Assembly (NCBI GenBank): GCA_050260015.1 | Contig: JBLNBN010000060.1 | Span: 974 to 64,973, forward strand | Source: Chloroflexota bacterium | Lineage (GTDB): Bacteria > Bacteroidota > Ignavibacteria > Kapaibacteriales > UBA2268 | Length of the DNA stretch: 64,000 nt | Direction: 5' to 3' | Shown: positions 19,539-26,772 of the stretch, piece after piece | Layout: each line of letters starts with the position of its first letter | Numbering within the stretch: position 1 is the stretch's first letter | Notes under the pieces: model-generated | Databases searched by the model: none | The model's input: the letters and a program-made list of their open reading frames with translations, nothing else | What the model was told of the DNA's origin: nothing | Made by a program: the position numbers and the translations under genes

Positions 19539-19581
19539 TAAGTTCATCCTGTAAATCCAATATCGCGCTTTTTAAATTTTC

Positions 19582-19770
19582 TTAACCCCTAAGGGGTTAC
19601 AGGTTTGTAACGGGAAGCGTCCGCTCCCACACACTTTTATCCGAGGCGGAGACGCGTAAAGGAGGGGGAAGCGGGAAGGCAATTTGCTACCAATATGTAA
19701 CCCCTCCGGGGTTAAGAAACGATTTGCCAGTCATTTGTCCTTTGAGTAATAGGCGAAGCTTTTATGGAGT
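19582..19770 (+). repeat. Repeated palindromic element: two TAACCCC-N3-GGGGTTA hairpins (19584-19599, 19698-19715) plus a conserved ~55-nt tail
   Basis: The tail GATTTGCCAGTCATTTGTCCTTTGA... resembles GCGTTTCCAATCATCTGCCCTTTGA at 22828-22852. It sits beside inverted GTTAC/GTAAC motifs. Confidence 0.45.
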
Positions 19771-19840
19771 CTTTGATTGACAGACCATTTAATTTTCATG
19801 CGTTTACGCGTCATTTCTCAATAATCCGTATATACCAAAA

Positions 19841-19877
19841 CAGCCCGCAAATTGCTTTGCAGGCTGTTTTCTTTTTG
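19841..19877. terminator. Bidirectional terminator hairpin (serves tRNA-Pro on the minus strand)
   Basis: CAGCCCGCAAATTGCTTTGCAGGCTG is flanked by an A-run and a T-run. Confidence 0.55.
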
Positions 19878-19880
19878 ATG

Positions 19881-19954
19881 TCGGGGTGAGAGGATTTGAA
19901 CCTCCGGCCCCTACGTCCCGAACGTAGTGCGCTACCGGGCTGCGCTACACCCCG
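19881..19954 (-). tRNA. tRNA-Pro (anticodon CGG)
   Basis: The reverse complement folds into a cloverleaf. Acceptor stem CGGGGTG/CACCCCG, anticodon stem CTACG/CGTAG, loop TTCGGGA (CGG, G37), T-arm GGAGGTTCAAATCCTCT, discriminator A. No CCA is encoded. Confidence 0.9.
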
Positions 19955-20041
19955 TGCCGACATCGTCGCGTTTTAGAGATACAAAATTACGACATTTTCG
20001 CTAATTGCGCAACATTTTTTTGCGCTTTCCCGCGCCGCAGC

Positions 20042-22582
20042 CTAATAAATTAACGCACGACGAGCCGCGACGTACGGTCCCGAGCGAAATACGATAAAGT
20101 AAACTCCGGCGGAAAAGGCGCTTGCGTCGAGCGTCGCTGCGCTTGCTCCGCGCGGAGCCGCAGCGATATATTTTTCGAGGACGGACTCGCCCGACGACGA
20201 GTATATCTCTATTTCCGCCGGTTGATCGAACGGTACCGTAAACTTTACGTCGATTGCGCCGCGGGAGCTATTCGCCTCGAACGCGTACGGTTCGCCGAAC
20301 ACCACGGAGCGAAGTTCCTTGCCGCAAACTTCGTAGTCCACGGCCGCTGGCTCGGTCGTAATATCGACGCAATCGTCAAGATTCGTCATAGGATCGACTA
20401 CGCTGACTACTGCTGGCTCCGGGCTTAGGGGCAGCAGCCGCATCATATTAATCCCGAATAGCTTCGTTGCGCCGGCGGCAGTATCGAGAATATTTACATA
20501 CGGCGGCCTGGAGTTTACGATTAGCGTATCGTACTGCGCGCCGTCGTGAACGCCTATCGAGAAGCGGTCGTTCCCGTCGTTAAAAGCGTTCAGCGTATCG
20601 CGGTAGAGGAACAAATGCTCCGCCGGATATGCGATCTTCAGGCTCAGCTTGTTAAGCGGAGGCTTTACTGCGCCCGTTTCGGCTAACAAAGCGAACTCGA
20701 CGAACCGGCCGGGTTCGGGGTTCGTTTCGGATGGCACGAGCTTTAAATTGATCTTGTACCTGTCCGCAGGATCGTACTCCAATTTGCTAAGGCTTGTATT
20801 GCCGAAGCTATCGACCGCGGCAATAAATCCCGAAGCGGGGAGCGAGCGATCCTCGACTTCCGCGCGAAGCGAAGCGGTCGCCTGCGGGGCGCTATAGATC
20901 CATTCCGTCGCTTCCTGCGGGAAAAATAGCTTTAGATTCTGCGCGCCCGCGACTAACGCGATCTTCTTAATACCGGATTGGAATGCGCCTCCGCCCGCGA
21001 TAGAATCGGTAACAACGATATCGAAGTAGCCGCAATCGGCGGTCGTGAAGAATAGCGGAGGGATCGAATCTACCTGCCTGACTACTGGGATGGGGGATTG
21101 CGAAGCCCAAATAGGATACGAATAAAAATTTTCCACGGCAAACCCGTAAAGCGTGCCGGAGAAATACGCCCGGCCCGTCAGCACGTGCGTGCCGGTGTCG
21201 ACCCTAACGTGCGCCCAGTATAGGTCCGTAGTTGGTATCCTTTGCGAGAGCAGCTTAGGATATACCTGGTAGAGCGGCTTACCGTTCAGGGAAAGTGATT
21301 TCACCGCGGTCTCGTCGGGATCGTTCGGGTCGCCGACTATTATAAGATTTAACCAGTTATCGCTAAACGGGAACCCCGTCGAGCGCAACACGCCGTTTTG
21401 CGTATAGAGTTCCGCGGGCATAACGAGCGACATAGACGGATCGAAGCTATTGCCCGAGTGGTCGTTGGGGTCCTTCGGGCGCTTATTGTCCCAATCGGAG
21501 CTATAGGAATATTGAACGAGCAGGGAAGGCTCGGACGTCTCCCACACGGCTACTCCACGGATGGAGAACCAATTTACGGGGTCCGCCCCGGGGCGCTGGT
21601 TGAACTCGTAGAAACGCCCGGCGTCCAGAGTACCGCTTAGCTCGCCGAGCAGTGCGCCCGTAATTTTATCATAGTATTTACAGGTCCAGTTAGTATTATT
21701 TTTTGACGCCAACAGCCGAAAATAGTCCCCTCCGCCTCTCCGGTTGAATTCCAGCGAATAGAATTTCTTGCCCCACGCCCTAACCGGCGGCAAAGCTTCG
21801 CAAAGGTGATTGCGTCCAAAACTTATGTTATCAATTTCCGTGGGCAATACGGTTCGCAAGTGGTAGGAAATAAGTCCTATTGGCTTATCGGAGGTAATAT
21901 GCGCGCCGCTTAAATCGGTCCATTGATGGGAGCCTTCGCTGCGCACTGAATAAGTTTCTCCCTTCTGCAGCGTCGCTTCAATTTTCCGGGGTTTTCCTTT
22001 TCCGTCTACGAGGTAATCCATAGAGACCAGGGATGGGGGAACCTCGATAGTTACGCGAGTATTATCTTCCGCGGCCAGTACAAGGAAGCCGCCGCCCCTT
22101 GGGAAGAGCGCGCCCTTGCCCGTGGCGTAGTCGTAGTACCCGACGTGATAATATTCCTTATCCCAGGAGTCCACGGGTATAGCCGAAAAGCCGTCGGCGC
22201 TATAGTCCTTAATGGAGAGCACGTAAACCGAGATCGAATCGTCGGCGACAATTTCAAAAGTTTTCTTAACCGCTTTAAAAGTTTCGTAAACTTCGGACTT
22301 TTCAAATTGCTTTAGCGGGTAAGAATACTCGAAGCTGGTCGAGGGTTGCATTTCCCGGTTAATAACTTCGCCGGTAGGCGTTTGAATCGTTACGTTCGCG
22401 CGTTTGGCGGAGCTGACTATAATCCTGCAGGCTATAACGTCAATCCCGGCGGCGGGATTCTCGTTCGGCGGAAGCGCAAAAATAAACTTCTTACCGCTCG
22501 AGGAGTACTGGTAAGCCAGGCACGGCGAAAAAATCGTCGCGACGATGGAAAAACCAAGCAGTATTTTACAAAATATGCGCAT
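20042..22582 (-). CDS. Large secreted hypothetical protein with T9SS C-terminal sorting domain
   Basis: Signal peptide MRIFCKILLGFSIVATIFSPCLA. The C-terminus ends ...AGVYFIVFRSGPYVAARRALIY, which is Por_Secre_tail-like. Confidence 0.6.
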   Translation of the reverse strand: MRIFCKILLGFSIVATIFSPCLAYQYSSSGKKFIFALPPNENPAAGIDVIACRIIVSSAKRANVTIQTPTGEVINREMQPSTSFEYSYPLKQFEKSEVYETFKAVKKTFEIVADDSISVYVLSIKDYSADGFSAIPVDSWDKEYYHVGYYDYATGKGALFPRGGGFLVLAAEDNTRVTIEVPPSLVSMDYLVDGKGKPRKIEATLQKGETYSVRSEGSHQWTDLSGAHITSDKPIGLISYHLRTVLPTEIDNISFGRNHLCEALPPVRAWGKKFYSLEFNRRGGGDYFRLLASKNNTNWTCKYYDKITGALLGELSGTLDAGRFYEFNQRPGADPVNWFSIRGVAVWETSEPSLLVQYSYSSDWDNKRPKDPNDHSGNSFDPSMSLVMPAELYTQNGVLRSTGFPFSDNWLNLIIVGDPNDPDETAVKSLSLNGKPLYQVYPKLLSQRIPTTDLYWAHVRVDTGTHVLTGRAYFSGTLYGFAVENFYSYPIWASQSPIPVVRQVDSIPPLFFTTADCGYFDIVVTDSIAGGGAFQSGIKKIALVAGAQNLKLFFPQEATEWIYSAPQATASLRAEVEDRSLPASGFIAAVDSFGNTSLSKLEYDPADRYKINLKLVPSETNPEPGRFVEFALLAETGAVKPPLNKLSLKIAYPAEHLFLYRDTLNAFNDGNDRFSIGVHDGAQYDTLIVNSRPPYVNILDTAAGATKLFGINMMRLLPLSPEPAVVSVVDPMTNLDDCVDITTEPAAVDYEVCGKELRSVVFGEPYAFEANSSRGAIDVKFTVPFDQPAEIEIYSSSGESVLEKYIAAAPRGASAATLDASAFSAGVYFIVFRSGPYVAARRALIY

Positions 22583-22699
22583 TAACGCTCCGAATAACTA
22601 CCGGCTATAAGTAACTATAATATAAATAATAGAATCATCTAAATTAACCCTATCAGGGACTTGATATTAAGTCCCGAAGGGACGATATTATTAATAACC

Positions 22700-22885
22700 G
22701 TATGCAAGCGAAGCGCAGCTTACGGACAGAGGTCGCCCCACATCCTCTTCCCGCGGCTATGCCCCGGAGGAATAGGCGGATAGGGGCGGGCGCTTCGCGT
22801 TACAAAGCTGTAACCCCGCTGGGGTTAAAAAATGCGTTTCCAATCATCTGCCCTTTGATTAAACTTGGAAGCCTTTAAAGTTTCT
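22700..22885 (+). repeat. Second copy of the TAACCCC-N3-GGGGTTA hairpin element with conserved tail, inside the iorA leader
   Basis: GCGAAGCGC (22718) and GCGCTTCGCG (22790) form a long-range complementary pair. Then comes GTTACAAAGCTGTAACCCCGCTGGGGTTA and the conserved tail. Confidence 0.45.
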
Positions 22886-23017
22886 TCAAATGAAAACAGA
22901 TTCAACGCCAGTCCGTTTAACTTGACGCTTAAGTTACTAAATTGGCATAAAATACCAAAAGAAATTCTTAAATTGCGAAACTAAAAATTGCGATTTCTCA
23001 CGAACAATTGAAATATT

Positions 23018-24613
23018 ATGGAAAAATTACCTTTATTAGGGGACGAGGCGATAGCGCAAGCGGCCTTAGATTCCGGTCTATCCGGTATTTACGCCTACCC
23101 CGGCACGCCTTCTACGGAAATTACGGAGTACGTACAGCATAGCAAGCAAGCTCGCGAATCGGGCGTCCGCTCGAATTGGAGCGCGAACGAGAAAACGGCG
23201 ATGGAAGCCGCTCTCGGCATGTCCTACGCGGGCAAGCGCGCGATGGTGTGCATGAAGCACGTCGGCTTGAACGTCGCGGCCGACGGTTTCGTAAATTCAG
23301 CCGTTACGGGCGTTAACGGCGGTTTAATTGTCGTTTCAGCGGACGATCCTTCGATGCATTCCTCGCAGAACGAACAAGATTCGCGCTTCTACGGGAAATT
23401 TGCAATGACCCCTATACTCGAGCCTTCCAACCAGCAGGAAGCCTACGACATGACCCGCTACGGCTACTCGATATCCGAAAAATATAAGCTCCCGGTTTTG
23501 CTTAGGATCACAACCAGGCTCGCTCACTCCCGCGCGGGCGTTAAATTCGGCGAAAAGGCCTCGCAAAACGAAATGAGATTGCCCGAGGATCCGCGCCAGT
23601 TCGTGCTCCTTCCCGCTATAGCCCGCAAGCGTTACAAAAGCCTTTTGGCCGTCCAGCCCGAACTCGAGCTCGAGAGCGAAACGTCGGGTTTCAATAAGTA
23701 TATCGACGGAGAAGACAAGTCGCTTGGTATAATCGCTTCCGGTATCGCATTTAATTATTTAATGGAGAACTTCCCGAACGGCTCGCTAAAGAATCCCGTC
23801 CTGAAGATAGGCCAATACCCGCTGCCGAAGAACCTGATCCTGAAATTATATAGCGAATGCAGGGAAATATTGGTGTTAGAGGAAGGCGCTCCGCTCATTG
23901 AAGAGCAGCTCCGCGGCTTGCTTCACAACGGCAAAACGATCCGCGGCCGGCTCGACGGAGCATTGCCCCGCGACGGCGAATTGAATCCGAATATCGTCGC
24001 AAAGGCGATGGGCCTTGCCTCCGACGAATTGATGACCATACCGTCGCTCGTCGCTTCTCGTCCTCCGCAGCTCTGCCAGGGCTGCCCGCACGTCGACACT
24101 TATACCGCGTTGAACGAAGCGATAAAGGAATACGGCGATGGTCGCGTGCTTTCAGATATCGGGTGCTATACGCTCGGCGCGTTGCCACCGTTTAATTCGA
24201 TTAATTCATGCGTCGATATGGGCGCGTCCATCACGATGGCGAAGGGCGCCGCCGACGCAGGATTAACTCCTACTGTGGCGGTAATTGGCGACTCGACCTT
24301 TACTCACTCCGGAATAACCGGCCTATTAGACGCGGTCAACGATAAATCCCCGATCACCGTATTGATACTCGACAACGAAATAACGGCAATGACGGGCGGC
24401 CAAACGAGCTCCGCGACGGGAAAGATCGAGAAGATATGCGAAGCCGTCGGAGTCGAGCCCGAGCATATCCGCGTGGTCAATCCTATGAAGAAGAACCATG
24501 CGGAGATAGTCGAGATAATGAAGACCGAATTGGCTTACAAAGGCGTTTCCGTAATCATCCCGCGCCGCGAATGTATTGTCGCTCTGGGCGCGCAAAAGAA
24601 AAACAAAAAATAG
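23018..24613 (+). CDS. iorA: Indolepyruvate:ferredoxin oxidoreductase alpha subunit (TPP, 2-oxoacid:ferredoxin oxidoreductase family)
   Basis: N-terminus LLGDEAIAQAALDSGLSGIYAYPGTPSTEI. Internal CQGCPH. 531 aa. Confidence 0.75.
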   Translation: MEKLPLLGDEAIAQAALDSGLSGIYAYPGTPSTEITEYVQHSKQARESGVRSNWSANEKTAMEAALGMSYAGKRAMVCMKHVGLNVAADGFVNSAVTGVNGGLIVVSADDPSMHSSQNEQDSRFYGKFAMTPILEPSNQQEAYDMTRYGYSISEKYKLPVLLRITTRLAHSRAGVKFGEKASQNEMRLPEDPRQFVLLPAIARKRYKSLLAVQPELELESETSGFNKYIDGEDKSLGIIASGIAFNYLMENFPNGSLKNPVLKIGQYPLPKNLILKLYSECREILVLEEGAPLIEEQLRGLLHNGKTIRGRLDGALPRDGELNPNIVAKAMGLASDELMTIPSLVASRPPQLCQGCPHVDTYTALNEAIKEYGDGRVLSDIGCYTLGALPPFNSINSCVDMGASITMAKGAADAGLTPTVAVIGDSTFTHSGITGLLDAVNDKSPITVLILDNEITAMTGGQTSSATGKIEKICEAVGVEPEHIRVVNPMKKNHAEIVEIMKTELAYKGVSVIIPRRECIVALGAQKKNKK

Positions 24614-24623
24614 GAATAAATAG

Positions 24624-25211
24624 ATGAAAAAAGATATTGTAATTGCAGGGGTAGGCGGACAAGGCATCGTTTCGATAGCCTCCGTTATCGGGTTTGCCGC
24701 TATAGAAGCCGGTCTCAACTTTAAGCAGTCGGAAGTTCACGGCATGAGCCAACGCGGCGGGGACGTTTCCTCGCACTTCAGGCTCTCGACCAACGAAATC
24801 GCTTCGGACTTGATTCCCTTTGGAAAAGCAGATATAATCATTTCCGTCGAACCGATGGAATCACTAAGATATTTACCCGTACTCTCCAGGGAAGGATGGC
24901 TTATAACCAGCACGAAGCCGTTTATCAATATTCCGAATTATCCCGACCTGGAACTGATTTTAAGCGAAATTAATTCTTTCCCGAACCACGTCGCGCTCGA
25001 CGCGGAAGCGATCGCTAAAACCTGCGGTTCGCCCAAAGCGGCCAATATAGTTATCCTTGGCGCGGCAATACCGCACCTGGATATACCTGAAGAGGCTATT
25101 AAAAGCGCAATAAAACGTATTTTCGGCAGAAAAGGCGACGCAATAGTTGAAATGAACCTTAAAGCGTTGGAAGCCGGCAAGAACTTTATAAGCTCAAACC
25201 AGGAAGCTTAG
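24624..25211 (+). CDS. iorB: Indolepyruvate:ferredoxin oxidoreductase beta subunit
   Basis: IAGVGGQGIVSIASVIG matches the pyruvate/ketoisovalerate oxidoreductase gamma-like domain. It lies immediately downstream of iorA. Confidence 0.75.
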   Translation: MKKDIVIAGVGGQGIVSIASVIGFAAIEAGLNFKQSEVHGMSQRGGDVSSHFRLSTNEIASDLIPFGKADIIISVEPMESLRYLPVLSREGWLITSTKPFINIPNYPDLELILSEINSFPNHVALDAEAIAKTCGSPKAANIVILGAAIPHLDIPEEAIKSAIKRIFGRKGDAIVEMNLKALEAGKNFISSNQEA

Positions 25212-25235
25212 CCCGATAAAACGGATAAAAATAAA

Positions 25236-25270
25236 AAAGCGGCTCTCATAGCGAGGGCCGCTTTTTTATT
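25236..25270. terminator. Bidirectional terminator between iorB and the aminotransferase
   Basis: AAAAAAGCGGCTCTCATAGCGAGGGCCGCTTTTTTATT. Confidence 0.6.
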
Positions 25271-25285
25271 AATCGTTTCTTTGAC

Positions 25286-26656
25286 TTATAGAACTCGCGT
25301 CTTCATAGTTGAGGCAAGGGAGTCGTGAATTATCTCAAAGCCCTCGTCTATCTTTTCCTTGGTGATATTTAGAGCCGGGCGGAAGCGAACTGCGCTCTCG
25401 CCGCAAGGAAGGATAATTAAGCCTACATCGAAGCATTTATTAATAAAATACGAGCGGAATTCTTTGCTCGGCAGGTCGAACGCGCAGAACAGGCCGCGGC
25501 CGCGCGAATGCTTTACGACGTCCGCGAATTCCTCGTGCATCCCATTTAGACGGCTAAGAAGGTACTCGCCGGAAACGCGCGCGTTCTCGACTAAATTTTC
25601 TTCCTCGATAATCTCGAGATATTTCGTAGCGCGGACCATGTCTATCAGGTTTCCGCCCCACGTGGAGTTAATCCTGGAGGAAACGCGGAAGACGTTTTCA
25701 GGATCGTCGTCGATCCTGTCGCCGACAAGAATACCGCAAACCTGCATCTTCTTTCCAAAGGTCATTATGTCGGGCTGAACGCCAAAGTGCTCATGGGCCC
25801 ACATTTTTCCCGTAATACCTACGCCGGTCTGGATCTCGTCGAATATCAGCAGAAATTCGTTTTCGTCGGCGAGGCGGCGTAACTCTTGTAGGAATTCTTT
25901 GCGGAAGTGATTGTCCCCGCCTTCGCCCTGTATCGGTTCAATAATCAGCGCCGCAATGTCATGCGGATTGTCGAGCAGAGCTTGCTTAATTTCAGCGATG
26001 GATTGATTTTCCTGCTTAATCGTTTCTTCCAGCCGTTCTTCATTTATGGGGAAGAGAAGCTTTGGATTTGTGACGCGAGGCCAATCCCATTTCGGATATT
26101 TTTTTATCTTGTTGATATCGGTGTTGGTGAGGGACATCGTGTACCCGCTCCTGCCATGGAAAGCCTCGCGGAAGTGAATGATCTTATGACCGCATTCGCG
26201 CGACATACCGCGTTTTCTATTCTTTCTAACTTTCCAATCGAAAGCAGTCTTTAAAGCGTTTTCTACGGCAAGCGCGCCGCCTTCAATAAAGAAGCAATAT
26301 TTAAAATAATCGGGAACGGCGACATTAAACAACGTATTGACGAAAGTAGCCATCTCCTCCGAGTACACGTCGGAATTCGACGGTTTGTTCAAAGCGCACC
26401 AGCCCAAATACTTAATAAAATCCTCGTCAAGCAGCTTGGGATGATTCATGCCAATAGGCATAGACGCGAAGCATGTAAAGAAATCTAAATATTTTTTTCC
26501 ATTTCGAGCGTCAAAAAAATATGAATCATTACTTTTTTCCAAATCAAGAACAAAGTTGAAGCCGTCCGTTAACATGTGTTTGGAGAGCTCATCGATAGCA
26601 TTGTCGGCGGCTACTTTGTACTTCGACTTATAGCCCGCGTAGAAATCCGTCGCCAT
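25286..26656 (-). CDS. Class-III PLP aminotransferase, L-lysine 6-transaminase (LAT)-like
   Basis: 456 aa. Motifs PIQGEGGDNHF and IFDEIQTGVGITG, with the PLP lysine in TFGKK. Confidence 0.65.
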   Translation of the reverse strand: MATDFYAGYKSKYKVAADNAIDELSKHMLTDGFNFVLDLEKSNDSYFFDARNGKKYLDFFTCFASMPIGMNHPKLLDEDFIKYLGWCALNKPSNSDVYSEEMATFVNTLFNVAVPDYFKYCFFIEGGALAVENALKTAFDWKVRKNRKRGMSRECGHKIIHFREAFHGRSGYTMSLTNTDINKIKKYPKWDWPRVTNPKLLFPINEERLEETIKQENQSIAEIKQALLDNPHDIAALIIEPIQGEGGDNHFRKEFLQELRRLADENEFLLIFDEIQTGVGITGKMWAHEHFGVQPDIMTFGKKMQVCGILVGDRIDDDPENVFRVSSRINSTWGGNLIDMVRATKYLEIIEEENLVENARVSGEYLLSRLNGMHEEFADVVKHSRGRGLFCAFDLPSKEFRSYFINKCFDVGLIILPCGESAVRFRPALNITKEKIDEGFEIIHDSLASTMKTRVL

Positions 26657-26721
26657 ATAACCTCGTTATTTAATAATTGTTTGAATTTTGCAAATATACC
26701 TATAATCGGGCATATTACAAA

Positions 26722-26752
26722 AGCAAAAGGCGGGCAGAGCCCGCCTTTTGGG
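26722..26752. terminator. Terminator hairpin downstream of mcp copy A
   Basis: AAAAGGCGGGCAGAGCCCGCCTTTTG. Confidence 0.55.
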
Positions 26753-26772
26753 GATTTTATACAGAAATACGA

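Noticed and set aside
19764-19889. 41-aa + strand mini-ORF (MESLIDRPFNF...) ending at the bidirectional terminator
   Set aside because: It is below any reasonable length threshold and has no RBS-like context. It overlaps the tRNA-Pro terminator and is most likely non-coding.
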